Position numbers and translations under genes: made by a program. A stretch of DNA of 63,615 nt, counting the filler, from Hyphochytrium catenoides (Eukaryota > Protista > Hyphochytriomycota), in the NCBI GenBank assembly GCA_900088475.1. It is 10 parts of 10 records of this genome, joined end to end, with 100 filler letters (N's around TTAATTAATTAA, not from the genome) between each part and the next. Parts side by side here need not be neighbours in the genome. Positions count along the whole stretch, not along the records: positions 9,456 to 15,436 come from FLMG01004154.1; positions 15,537 to 29,936 come from FLMG01000631.1; 8 more parts are not named here. One strand, given 5' to 3'. Under the pieces are notes generated by a model. The model made no database searches. It was not told the origin of the DNA and worked only from the letters and a program-made list of their open reading frames with translations. This document shows, piece after piece, positions 11,111 to 23,812 of this stretch; position 1 is the first letter of the stretch; the number at the start of each line of letters is the position of its first letter.

Positions 11111-12066
11111 CGGTTAAGAGACAGAGAGAAGGCGAAAGACAGAGACGAGAGAGACACAGAGAGCACGATAGCAAGGGAAAGAGAGCGAGAGACAAGAGTG
11201 GATAGAGACGAAGAGTGGATAGAGAGAGAGAGAGAAAGATGGGTTAAGAGACAAAGAGAAGGAGAGAGACAAAGACAAAGAGAGGGAGACACACAAAAAG
11301 AGAGAGAGAGAAGCTGACATGGATCTCTCCGTCCCCCGTCCCCTCCAGCAAGTGGATGGTCAGAAGCTGTCCATGACGAGCGTCGTGACCGACAGAGCAG
11401 ATCTGGGCTCTCTCTACCTAAAGCGCTCTCTCGCAGACTTCAAACACCGCGACGAGTATCTTCCTTCGCCCCAGGAGAGATGCGACGTGAGGATGAGGTA
11501 AGAGACCAATCTGACTCTCTCCCTCTCTCTTTCTCTCTCTCAACCTCTTTTCTCTGTCTCCCCTTCTGCCTCTCTCCCTCCCTCTTCCTCTCTCTTCAAA
11601 TGGCTCTCTCCTCTCTATCTCCGTTCCTCTAGTTACAGCGCTCTTTCTTCAGCTAATGCTTATCTCTAGATTCCCCCTGGCCATCTTTCTCTCTCTCTCT
11701 CTCCGCTCTCTCTCCCCCTTGCTCTCTCTCTTTGTAGATGTCTTTCTTCTAATTCAACCTGTTTCTCTTAGCAATCTCTCTCTTTTAAAATATCTTCACT
11801 CTCCATCTGGCCGGGACGTCTCTCTCTCTTGCCCCCTCTCTCCCTCTCTCCCGGTGTTCTCTTCCTCTGTTTTTTGTCTGTCTTTCTCTCTCTCTCACAC
11901 ACACACACAGAGGACACCTAAGGATGATACTTGTTTACAGGCTAACTGGTTCCCAACCGAGTGAGGTAGGGGCGGCGTGGTACGCTAACCCTGTCCCAGT
12001 GCTCGACGGCTTCGAAAGTAGCTTCATGTTCCAGGTACACCTATGATCTGCCTCTCCCCGTGGCCA

Positions 12067-12106
<40 letters not shown>

Positions 12107-12707
12107 CCTCTCTCTCTCTCTCTCTCTTTCTCTTTCTCTCTTTCTCTCTCTCTTTCTCTCTCTCTTTTTCTCTTGCTCTCAGACGTTGACATTCTCTCTC
12201 GTATCTCACGACCACCTTTGCAAACCTCTCTTTCACTTTCTCTTCTCCATTGAAGTCACCTCTTTCCCTGCACTTTCACTCTTCGGTCAACGTCATTTGC
12301 ATTCTTCGTGGGTTCCGCGTAGTTTCTCTTCTGTCCACATCTTCCCTCTTTAAATCCATAAAAATTCGAGACGTTTCTCTCCATCACCTTCTCTCTGGCT
12401 CTGCTCGCTCATTTCTCGCGCTCTGTCTCTCTTTGCTTCTCTCTCTCTCTCTTAAAATGCGGCCGTCTTGGAACTGCTGCACTGGTAACGGGTCTTTGTC
12501 CGTAGATCACTGACCATAGCAGATTCTGCGTCGAAGTGAAGGATCAGGACTTCAGCACGAAGCATCACCTGGTGAACATTCTCTCTCTCTGTCTCCCTCT
12601 ATCACCTTTTCTCTCCTACAGCGCTCATCTTTTCAGTTTCTCTCTCGTCTCTCGTGCGACCCCTCTCTCTCTCTCGCTCTTTCTCTTTCTCTCTCTCTCT
12701 CTCTCTT

Positions 12708-12744
<37 letters not shown>

Positions 12745-14775
12745 GTCTTTCTGTTTCTCTCTCTCTCTCTCTTTCTCTCTTTCTCTTTCTCTCTCTCTCC
12801 TCTCTCTCTCTCTCTTTTCTTTGTCTCACTCTCCATGTCTCTTTCTCTCTCAGTCTTGCGCGGTGCACGGAGGTGACGGCTTTGCCTTCGTGATTCATGG
12901 GAGTGAGGCGGAGGCGGAGGCAAAAGGTGGAGAGGGCGCCGCCCTGGGTTACGGAGGGATCAAGAACTCGATCGCCATAGAGTTTGACACACATTATAAC
13001 CCTGATCTGGGAGACCTCTTGCAGGACCATATCAGGTCTGAGAAGTCTCCTTTTAGCTCCNNNNNNNNNNNNNNNNNNNNNNNNNNNNNNNNNNNNNNNN
13101 NNNNNNNNNNATTTACTCTTGAAGCTCCCTGTCTTCTCGGTGAGGACTCTTCCGTAACTGATCGCTTGATAAGACCAAGGGGGAACACGGTGGTCAGACT
13201 TCCTCCTACCTTCTCGACCTCTGTCTTTGTTTCTTCTCTTTCGCTCTCTCTCTCTCTTTCAACTGCCTCTCTCTCTCACGTGCACACGCAGTATACAGAG
13301 CCATGGCGGAGGAGCAAACTCTGCAGACTCGACCGCGAGGCTATGCGAACACGTGCCTTACCCTATTGCCGATGGGAAGATACACTGGGCCAAGATTCGC
13401 TACTACGACAGTCTGAAGGTAGCCACAGCGTCATGCACAGGGAAAGAGTATCAGAGCAGGGAGTGGGAGAGGAGAGAAAGAGAGAGAAAGAGAACTAGAG
13501 AGAGCCAAGATTTCTGCCTACTCTACCTCCTCCTCCCGGGCTTTTTTGAGCCGGATTGTGTCGGATGCCTCTCTCTCTTTCTCTCTCTCTCTACACAGTC
13601 ACTGTCTCTCCTGCTCCTTTACATCATGACTCCAAATGCAATTCCAATCGCTCTCGCTTGCTCTCCTCCTGTCCCTTCTCTCTCCTTTTCTAGTATGAAT
13701 ATCTGGAGAGTTTCTCTGCCACAGAGTCTCTCCTACGGTTCGTGAGAGACAACTCGGACGACCGGAGGGTTGGCACTCTCACTGTCTTCATGGATGAAGA
13801 AGCCCTAAAGCCGGACGGAAAGCCATTGATTGCCATTCCTATCAACCTTTCCACTGTTCTTTCTCTCTGGCAAGACATGGCCTTTGTGGTGAGGGTCTAG
13901 GCACTCTCTTGTTCGTCTCTTCCCTCTTCTCCTCCTCCATTCTCCTGTCGGCACTCTCGAATGTCCGCTCTCTCTTACGCTTTCCTGTCTTGCTTCTAAG
14001 ATCTCCTGCCTCTGCTAGGGGTCTGCTGAGACACAAGGGCCTTTTGGGTTATTGTCTCGCCCCGTTGGCGGCGTCTCCTCCATTCGCACTATCAAATCAG
14101 TCTCTCTCAAGCCTCTTTGCCCCACTTGCATTATTCTTGCCACTCACTTTCTTCCCCGCTCCATGATTGTCTAGGGCTTTACCTCTTCCACTGGACGGCG
14201 ATGGGAGAAACATGACATTTTGAATTGGTGGTACTGCGAGCAGGTAGATGGAGACAGAACCTTCCTGACCTTCTGCTTGTCTCTGTGTGTGAGCCACTGA
14301 AAGCCCTTTCGCTCTTCCTGTGGAGGTTGTCCAATCACTTGGTTTCTACTCTCGCTCCTCCTCTTTCTTCTCTCTCTTTCTCTCTTTAACCTCTGTCTCT
14401 CTCTCTCCACTCTGTCGCCAATTGTCCGATCTCACCCTTGTTTACTTTCCTTGCCTGCCTCTACGTTCTTCACCACAGCCTCCTTGTCTGGACGCGGACG
14501 GGCTTCCCTTTGATCGTGCCTTTGACTTCGGAGCCACTGATGCTCTATATCCTGGAGCCGTGCATGGAGACGAACTGTTAGGAAATTGGGGCTACATCTT
14601 TCCGTCTATGGCGGCTTGGGCTGTGCCCAAAGAGCACTGGGCCGGAGGGAGAGAAGGAGGGGGAGACCAGCCTGGCGAGAAGTATGCGCATGTAGAAGGA
14701 ACCATGAGCACCTCAGACCAAGACGACCCGCCCCAGGATGGGCCAATGCTAGTGGACAGAACACCAGGCTGGTAA
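9833..14775 (+). CDS. Secreted legume (L-type) lectin-domain protein, 11 or more exons
   Basis: GT-AG exons at 9833-9893, (gap)-10471, 10778-10840, 11349-11497, 11941-12034, 12506-12571, 12854-13035, 13292-13418, 13694-13888, 14175-14243 and 14479-14775; phases are compatible downstream of the N gap. Motifs RLTGSQPSEVGAAWY..V.DGFESSF, GGDGFAFVIH, LGYGGIKNSIAIEFDT and AFVGFTSSTG..HDILNW, plus an N-terminal signal peptide. Confidence 0.88.
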
Positions 14776-14818
14776 ATTACCATCAAGACCGGTAGACAAA
14801 GTCAACGAGAGAGAGAGA

Positions 14819-14867
<49 letters not shown>

Positions 14868-16708
14868 AGAGAGAGAGAGAATAAGAGAGAGAGGCCAACA
14901 TGACGATTCCTTGCCCCACCCCTCACTTTCACAATTGAGAGAATGTACCTGCGAGGAGATCTGATAGAAAGTTGGGCTGTTGATAAAAAAGTGAATCAGT
15001 CACCTGTATATACCTATAAATGCTAGCTACGCCTGCAACTTAAGCTACTTGCTGTTATTCGTTCACCCTGTCTTCCCGTGTCTCTCTCCTTCGTGCTGGA
15101 TCCAGGCCAACCTTGTTCCGTGCATTTGGATAGTGTTTAGCGTTTCTTCGTTTTTCTTTTGTCTCATTTACTCAGTTGCTTCTTTCTGCCTAGGGTTCGT
15201 CGATACTATTTGTCTCTTAGATATCCATAGCCTTAGAGCCCATCTTAGTTTGTCCTCCTGTCTCTGCACTGGGGGCGAGGGGTGGAGGAGGTTGTGGAGC
15301 CGCAAACGTGGCCGCGGGTGCAGAGGATGGAGCTGCAGGAAGAGACGATGGAGACTCTCCCTCCGCAATCTTTTTCTTGGTCTGTTCCACCGTCTTAGCC
15401 GAGAAGGCAGCCACTGTCTGGAAGATACTTCCTATGNNNNNNNNNNNNNNNNNNNNNNNNNNNNNNNNNNNNNNNNNNNNTTAATTAATTAANNNNNNNN
15501 NNNNNNNNNNNNNNNNNNNNNNNNNNNNNNNNNNNNTCTATGCCTTTTATGGCTTCAGAAAATCTGTGGAAGGAAGAAAGGTTACAATGTCCTCTTCTGG
15601 CTCCACTTCTTCGCCTTCTGCTCGAGGAAAGCGCTTGGCGCTCTCTTCGGAAAGAGAAAGAGAAGAGTTGGAGATGAAAAGTGCTCCTTCTTCTTCTCCA
15701 TCGTCGTCTGGCTCCTCTTCTCCATCTCGGAGGCATCATCACCATCACCAGGTTTCCCTTGGCCCCTCAAAAAACGTAGAATTGCTATGAGTGCTGGGCA
15801 TCTAGAGATAGAGACATAAGGAGACGATGAAAGTACTACTTCTCCTTGAGGGAGAAGAGATAGTCCAACTCTACTGCGGGAAGAAGATCCACTGGCTTAG
15901 TGTCTTTGCTCTCCTCTTAGCTCCAGACTCATCAAAGTCCCTATGAAGAGCCCTTTCCTCTTCCGACAAACACTGAGTCAGGATGCTTGGTACTTAGCAC
16001 ATGGATGGATATTGGCAGGAGAGAGAACACGGAGAGTCTGTGTGTGTGTGAGAGAGAGAGAGAGAGGGAGAGAGAGAGAGAGGAGAGAGAGAAAATAGAA
16101 AGAGAGAGAGAGAGAGAGATGAGGGGAATACAGATAAGAGGATGAGGGAGGACATACAGAAACAGAGGGGCTTTCAATTGACAAGTAGAGAGCTAAGGAA
16201 ACGGAGGAATGACCACGAGCGGGAAGAAGCTTCGTTATATTATTATGACCGACGGCCGAAAGATAGATATTGCTTCCCTGCGCTAGGAGTCAGAAAAGGA
16301 AGAAAGACAAATCCTCTCCCCTTATTTTCTCTCTGATGATGACAACGTCTCTCTCTCTCTCTTCTCCTCTCTCCCTCGCGCTGAGCTTAATTCGTGCATA
16401 GTCAGAATGGCACAGAGACTGAGCTATCTTCCTTACACATACACCGTCCAACACGGACTGTAGACGTAAGTGGAACAACTGTCCTCCAGCCCTGGTGGTT
16501 GTTGTCCTCGCTACTTCCTTATCATCAAACTTGTGAAAGACATTCAGCGAAAGAGAGAGAAAGATAGGAAAGAGACGATAGAAGAAGGAAAAGAGACCAT
16601 GGAAGAGAGAAAGAGAGACAAAAAGAGAGGGAGAGAGAGAGGAGAGAGATTTCTACTCTCTTTCCTGTGACGTCTCTCCCGACAATGCTTCTTTCTCCCA
16701 CTGCGGCA

Positions 16709-19123
16709 CTATGGCCCTGTGTTCGAGTGCGTGAAGAAGAGCTCAGGCTCTGTTGGAGTCATAGGAGCTCCTCTCGCCGCTAGAAGCTGCTGACTCCTTC
16801 TCTTTCTCTGATAGAGAACCAAAGCCGCTAACACAGCGGCAATGGCCGCCAGACCAACAGGAATGCCAATGGCCAAAGGCAACGAAGAGGAAGTGGAAGT
16901 CGGAGGCGGTGAGACGGGCACTGCCTCCTCTTCTTGGCTCTTCATCATCCGTCCCTCGTCATCCTCAGAAGTTGAGAGAGCGTTCATCTTCTGGACCCTG
17001 AGCGCAGCTGTTCCTCCTGCTGCTGCTCCCTGCTGACCGCCGCTGGCGACTCCGCCTTGCTGGACGACCTGACCATTAGAACCTTGGATCACCTGGCCGG
17101 TAGCTCCCTGTTGAACAACCGGCTGCTGTCCAGTGACCACGACCTGCTGCTGGCCGTTAGCTCCCTGAATGACGGCCTGTTGCTGCTGTCCGTTCATGGG
17201 CACTGGTTGGCCGTTTGCACCGATAACGATAGGCTGGCCCTGCTGGTTGAGGACTTGCTGCTGCTTTCCGGCTGCGGCTGCTCCGTTGTTGATGTTAGCA
17301 AGCATTGTCGCGGCCTGCTGCTGCAGTAGCGCCGCAATGAGCTGAGCGCACTGCGGCATAATGTTCGCTGTTCTCATGGCCTGACCATTTGCACCCTGAG
17401 CCAGCTGCTGCAAGGCCAGCTGCGCCATTTGCAGACAGGCGGGAGGGATGGTATTAGCGGCCACCTGCTGCTGGGCGCCCGCCACCGGTGCACCGTTCCC
17501 GACTATTACCGCTCCAGCTCCAGCACCGGCGGCCACCTGCTGGTTATTGACAGCGGTCTGAGCAGCTCCAAGGTTTGTTGCTGCTGCCCCTGGTGCTGCA
17601 GCTCCTTGTTGAGCCACTGCCACGATGGCCCCTTGCCTGGGCTGAACCTGCTGCTGGCTGCTGGCACCACCAGAAGACTGCCCCGCTCCTGCGCCAATGA
17701 CAGCTCCAGCGCCTCCCAAGGCTGCCTGGTTGAGGTTAGGAGAAGCCGTAGCACCCGCAACAGGCGTGAAGACAGCCTGAACCGTCACTCCGTTGGCATC
17801 GTTGGTCACAGTGACAGGAGAAGGGATATTGATCAGCGCCTGGCAGTTCAGGTTGTCTGCTCCCCAAGCGTTATTGAACCGATTGCCTAGAAAAGTCTGC
17901 AGGTTCGTCGCTACGGCAGGATCCAAAGAGCCAACATTCTGCAGGACTCCCATGTCGGACAACCCCTTCAATCGAGGGACACCGATGGCCAGCAAGTTCC
18001 TGCAGAAGGTCGCAGTGTCAGCTGTAGGATCAGCCAAGGAGGCGGCCTTTGGCTGTCCAACTTGCTCTCTGTAGGCATTCATCTTGGTTAAGCTTAGCAC
18101 CGTGTTTCCATTTGCATCAACCACCGTCACCATCGGGTCTCCGGCTGGTACGAGGGCGATGTTATTGACCTGGTTCTTCAGAGCAAACAGCTCATTTAGC
18201 GCTAAGGCAGAAACAGGATTGTTATTGTCTGTCAAGTCAGGCGCCGTCGGAGAGGTGCAGCGCAGAGCGACGTCCACAAAGTTGTTGAGGACAATGTTGT
18301 CACTTCCGTTGCTGATCGGCTTAGCGTTGGCGCCTAGCTGCTGCCGGTTAGCAGCCGTGTTTTGTGCCACTTTGTTGTCGGCGGTGAGGAGATACTGAGT
18401 GTTAACGTTATCACTAGGATCCTGGTCCACTAGACCAAAGTCCCGGGTTGTCATGCATGGAAGCCCATCAACAGCAGTGCCTAAGGCTGGGATCTGCAGC
18501 TGATTGTTCTGAATCAGCTGCTGGGCCGCTGCCATGAACTGCGCGCCATTGCAGGAGGCAAACTGCCCAAAGATGCTGAAGCCTCCGCCCTGCAGGTTCA
18601 CGCCATTTACGCAAGCCGCGCCTTTCAACGTAGCGCCATTGTCTGTGTCTGTTAGCGTCAATGTGGCTCCGTTCGTGCCAAAGTACAGGGCGACCATGGC
18701 GTTGGCTGGCAGCGTTGGCGTCACAGGAGGAATGGCTGGCTGCGTGCCTTGGTCGATGACTAGCGGGTGGTACACAGACAAAGCGCCAGTGTTCATGTCC
18801 ATGACAATGGCCTCCACGAAGGATGGAGTGTCGGTCATTGTGCAGCCTGTCTGCGTGTATGGAGTAGCTAATCCCTGAGCTGTGAATGGATTGGGAGGAA
18901 CAGTGACGACACAGTCCATGCCAGCAGCGGCAGCAGCGGGAGCAGTTGTGGCTGCTGCCGCAGTGCCAGCGCCGGCTGCTGTAGGGGCGGCGGTGCCAGC
19001 TGCTGCAGCCTTAGCCGCCGCTTTCCTTGCCATGATGGCCTGCTGAATGCGACCGCCAAGCAGAGCGTCCACCTCTGTGCTGCTCAGGAGAAGTAAGGCG
19101 AGAAGAGCATGGTAGACCCACAT
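16709..19123 (-). CDS. 804-aa intronless type I membrane or cell-surface protein with a Cys-containing uncharacterised domain and a Q/A/G-rich stalk
   Basis: Long open ORF with signal peptide MWVYHALLALLLLSSTEVDA. Globular region CVVTVPPNPFTAQGLATPY...FGQFASCN...RDFGLVDQDPSDNV...NGSDN...ALNEL...LNC. TM LAIGIPVGLAAIAAVLAALVLY followed by QRKRR. Confidence 0.9.
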   Translation of the reverse strand: MWVYHALLALLLLSSTEVDALLGGRIQQAIMARKAAAKAAAAGTAAPTAAGAGTAAAATTAPAAAAAGMDCVVTVPPNPFTAQGLATPYTQTGCTMTDTPSFVEAIVMDMNTGALSVYHPLVIDQGTQPAIPPVTPTLPANAMVALYFGTNGATLTLTDTDNGATLKGAACVNGVNLQGGGFSIFGQFASCNGAQFMAAAQQLIQNNQLQIPALGTAVDGLPCMTTRDFGLVDQDPSDNVNTQYLLTADNKVAQNTAANRQQLGANAKPISNGSDNIVLNNFVDVALRCTSPTAPDLTDNNNPVSALALNELFALKNQVNNIALVPAGDPMVTVVDANGNTVLSLTKMNAYREQVGQPKAASLADPTADTATFCRNLLAIGVPRLKGLSDMGVLQNVGSLDPAVATNLQTFLGNRFNNAWGADNLNCQALINIPSPVTVTNDANGVTVQAVFTPVAGATASPNLNQAALGGAGAVIGAGAGQSSGGASSQQQVQPRQGAIVAVAQQGAAAPGAAATNLGAAQTAVNNQQVAAGAGAGAVIVGNGAPVAGAQQQVAANTIPPACLQMAQLALQQLAQGANGQAMRTANIMPQCAQLIAALLQQQAATMLANINNGAAAAGKQQQVLNQQGQPIVIGANGQPVPMNGQQQQAVIQGANGQQQVVVTGQQPVVQQGATGQVIQGSNGQVVQQGGVASGGQQGAAAGGTAALRVQKMNALSTSEDDEGRMMKSQEEEAVPVSPPPTSTSSSLPLAIGIPVGLAAIAAVLAALVLYQRKRRSQQLLAARGAPMTPTEPELFFTHSNTGP

Positions 19124-19649
19124 AGTTGCTCAGTTTGTGTCCTCTTTCCCAGCGAGGAGAAAGTCTTTACATAGAGCAACACACAGAAGCGTAGGGAGAA
19201 GGAGGAAAAGAGGGAACCTGATGAGCCAGGAAGTGCTGCTTGAATGACGTGTGATAGAGATCCAAAGACAGAGAAGACAGAAGGTACTGTCGAGAGGAAA
19301 AGAGAAGAGAAACCGATGGGAGAGAGAGAGAGACCGAGAGAGAGAGAAGGAAGACAGATGGCGATGAAGAAGAGTGAACACAGCTTGCTAATCAAGGTGA
19401 GGCGATCGCTGTGGAAAGTGCGATGGCCGGACCTCTGAGAGCTGAAGGCGCAAGGCGAATGGCCGCTCCTTTGCGCCGCTCCTTCTTTGTGGATCGAGAA
19501 GGAGAGAAAGAGAAATGACGATGATAGAAAGTGGCCTGTCGTCGGAGGAGGACGAAGCGGCAGAGGGACTAAGAAAGAGGTGTAGCTTCTTTCTTTGGGG
19601 CAGAAGAGAAGTGAAGAGCAAAGAGAAGAGCGACAGAGAGAGAGAGAGG

Positions 19650-19682
<33 letters not shown>

Positions 19683-21087
19683 GGAGAGAGACTAAGAGCC
19701 TGTTCCCACTGGTCATATGCAGATGACGCAGCTAACAGATGCATTACCTGATGGAGGGTGCGGACGGACATCAAAGGTCAAAGGGCAAAGAGGAAGAAGG
19801 AGAAGAGCTGCACAGATATGTTATGGAAGGAAGAGGGAGAAGGAGAACAAGACGAAGAGAGAGTGAGAGAGAGAGAAAGAGAGTGAGAGAGAGAGTGAGA
19901 GAGAGAGTGAGAGAGAGACACAAAGAGAGAGAAAGACTGCAGATAGCAGGAGAGAGGAGTGATAAACGCACCACAGAGTGCGCATGAGGAGAGAGCATCA
20001 CGCGCGGCTGCTGCCTAAGTGCAACCCCAGGAGACAGGAGAGCACTCCTCTCCTGCCTCTTGAAGTGTCTCTGATGGTTTACTTTTGCCCTCCTGCGCCA
20101 CCTCCTTTGCAGGCCTCTTCGTCCGCAGGTTCTGACACCTCACTTCTCTCTCTCTCGGGAGCTCTCTCTCTCTCTCTCCTCTCTCTCTGTTTCTCCTTCC
20201 TTTCTTCTTGGTCTCTTGGTCCTCTGGCTCGTCTTATCTACCATCTCATTTTGCTCTGTTTTGTTTCTTCCTCTCCTCTCTCTCNNNNNNNNNNNNNNNN
20301 NNNNNNNNNNNNNNNNNNNNNNNNNNCTCCTTCCTCTCTCTCTCCCTCTCTTCTCTCTCTCCCTCACTCTCTTCTCTTTCTTCTCTCTCTCTCCGTTTCC
20401 CTCTCTCTCGCCCTCTCTTCTTTCTCTCTTCCTCTCTCCCACACCAGAAACTTCAAGGCTATGATGCAGCGTAGTCATGTAAAACGCCGAGAATCCTAAA
20501 CCTTCATACATAATATCTATTGTATTTTAGGCGAGAGCAAGCTCGGCTTCTAGTAATGGAGAATTATAGGACAAGGCCTACACCGGACTAAAAAATGACC
20601 TAGATCACGGCTAAATAAATGACAGCAAAGTCTATTAGAGAAAGGGAAGCAACCAAGCAATGAACTGAGCAGCTTACATGGACTCTGATTGGCCAGAGGA
20701 TGACTACGTTGCAAGTGTAGAACTAAAATTCCCAAGGATATGCCGAATATAGAACAATATAGAACAAGAGATTGGATATTTGGGCTTTGAGATGCTAAAT
20801 ATTGTCCGTCAGATCACTGTGACTGAGAAAAGTAGAGACCTAGGATTCGCCGCTTTCGTAATTTGGTTTAGGGAACTGGGTGGAAATGAATCCTAGAGAT
20901 ATGCCGGATGAGGCTTTTGCCTAAGAAATGCAGCAATGGCAATGTCTTGTGTGAAGTATGGAAAGGAGTGAGCCAGAGATGCCAAGAGCAGACGATAGAA
21001 ACGCTGGTCTTACCCTGGTCGTGTGTGTCTCTCTCTCTTTCTCTCTCTCTCTTTCTCTCTCTCTCTCTTTATCTCTCTAACTCTCTT

Positions 21088-21126
<39 letters not shown>

Positions 21127-23812
21127 TTGCGCTTTCTCTCCCTTTCCTACACTGCTTTACTCTCCTCGACTCAACTCGTTCCGTCTCTGGTGTCCTCGCC
21201 TTGGCCTTCTCAGGCTCTTTCTCTTGGGCGTCATCTCTCTTCTCTCTTCTCGTCCTCTCTCTCTGCCCTGGTCTCTCTTTTCATCTTGTGCTTTCGCATC
21301 TCTCCCTTTCAACGTGTCCTTCCACTCCTTATTATCCTCTTCTCCTCTCCTTCTCTTTCTCTCTCTTTGTTTCTCAAGCATCTCTGCCCTGCTACAGCTG
21401 CTGGGCTTGTCCTTTTCCAAGTGTCGCTTCATCGTGTGCAGCTCCTTCTGCTCTGACTCTTCCCTTTTTTTCTTAGCTTGGCGAACTTCCTACCTCTGCA
21501 GCAACACCCTTCGTAGCGAACAGAAATGTCTCTCTCTCTCTCTCTAAGTCATGGCTAAGGATCATCCCAACCAGGAACAGACACAGAGGAGGAGGACAGG
21601 TTAACGTGATACGAGGTAAGAGTCAAGAGTTTGTTGACCAAGTGATTGCGAGCCGAGAGCTCTTTCTCTCCCTCAACCCCTTCGTCTCTCACCATATGCA
21701 GCACACGCACTTGCGAGCGCACAATTTGCGACCACAACTCTGCAATTCTTTGCAAATCAAAGGTTGCCAAGGAAAGGGCGGTGACTAACGGGGTTGGGCC
21801 AGCAAATGGTGGTGCCAAGAATGTGCGTCTTTTGTTGCGTGCCAAAGCATTGCTAACAAAGCTTTGTTTGCTATTCTGAAGGGTTGTTGGCAGAGAAAAC
21901 AGGGAAAATGATGTGCTGGCGAAGTGAAGAAGCTCGAGCTTCTTACAAGGTGGTTTGGGAATTTGCATTGGTGTCATTGAGCATGACGGAGCCGACAGCG
22001 TGTGTCAAGCTCGGGCGCCAGTGGTAGCAGAGATTGGAAGAGGACCACTTCCATCTCCATGACTGGTAACTATTTTGCAATAAGTGAAACGAGAAAAGCG
22101 ATTGTGAGAGGGCGGATCTTTCTTTCTTTGTGAGCTGGTCTTGGTTGCAATCAGGAGCAGGCTGCAGCGCGTCTCCCACCTGAAGTGGAAGCGGAGTTTG
22201 AAGCTTCAGCTGAAGATCATCCTTTCGCCGTGAACCGCCAAGCCTGCTGTTTTCTTTAGGAGTGCCTAGGGCTAGGTTGTCAATAAAGAAGATCTGCTCC
22301 ATGGTTGCTGACGGAGGAGGGGAATCCCAAAGACTGCTGACTGGGGTCGTGTGCTGGAGATACCATTTTGTGCCGTAGTTCATAACTGAGAACACTCTGT
22401 GCGTGCTGAGGAGATGCGACGAGATCTTTGCAATGAAAGCTTCTCTCGGTTTAGCTCGAAGTTCTGACGTTTGGAGGGTGATACCATGTTGCAAGCAGCG
22501 GTCCCTGCCACTTGTGAACCAGTTAATAACCCACATCTTGTTAGCAGTTGTTGCTCACCATAAGGGTCAGTGCGTCGTAAGCCGCCGCAGCTCTGATCAC
22601 TAGTGAGATGTGAGCAAGTCTGTGACTTCAGCTCTCTATTGGCTGACAACTCGATGCGAGCCGTGATGACCCGATCTGTTGCTTGGGAGACGCATAGTTG
22701 TGAGATGTAGATGTAGAGACCTGCTTTGCTGGCGCTGGAGTTTGAACTGCTTGCTGGTTGTGTGCAGACAATGCTGATAGGTGTTGATGAGCACCCAGCG
22801 TGTATCCAGAAGGTGATGTCTGCTGTCTGATTTGGAAGCATTTGGTGCTTTGAGCCTGTGCAAGAGCATATAGCGCAGAAAACAAGAGTTTCCAGGTGAC
22901 ATGTCACTGCGTTGTTACAAGAGTGATTGCAGGGCTTATAGTAGCCATGAGGGACTGACTCGTTCAATGAGCGAGAGCCATACCAATTTCCTATCTAACA
23001 TAGTCAGTGTCTTTCTGTGTCTGCATGTACTACACACCTGTCTTACCATCCTTGGCGTACTGCTTCTTGAAGATCATGTTCGCCGTCCTAACTGCTTTAG
23101 TTTGCTCTTCTCACTCATTAGAGCAGTTCAAGAATAGGGTTCCATTGTAGCTTTTATTGAGAAACCTCATTGAAGTTAGAGCTATGGCTATCCAGAAAAC
23201 CCTCACCTTCCTCAGGATAAGTCTTTCCGAAGGAAGATGACAAGCAGCAAAGAGATCCTACGAAGCAGATTGTAAACTACTGCCAGTCGTTGAGATAAGC
23301 CTGAGGCCTGCGATCGGTCTGGCACTGATAAGAAGGAAAGCGTGACGTCATACGTATGAAGGCGCTCAATAGTTCTGTGCAGAAGAAGAAGAAGAAACGT
23401 GACTTCTAGTAGATGAATAGTCACCCGTGGTGATCGAGGGTCATTGAATGCTGTTGCTGAAGCTATAAGTGGCAATAATTGCTGGAATCAGAAGTGCCTA
23501 CTGCCTCCTACGACGCTCCAGGAGTGTAGCAGACTCAGATACAACTAACATTTCAGCAGACTTGGCATCTATATCCTTAACAAGTGCTCCGGAGGAGTAC
23601 GCTACTCCGGAGTAGTCTAGTAGTAGACTCTAAGCTGATTTAGTCTAGTGACAGCTAGTTTATCTAGGAGTACTTCCTAGTCTGTCATCATTATAACTGA
23701 AGCAATTCACAAAGGTAGTAAAACTGCCTCATTGTGTTACACTGTCACGCGCGAGCATGCAAAGAGTGTAGATACACGGAGTTCTTCTGCTTCGGAGGTA
23801 GGGACGATCTCT

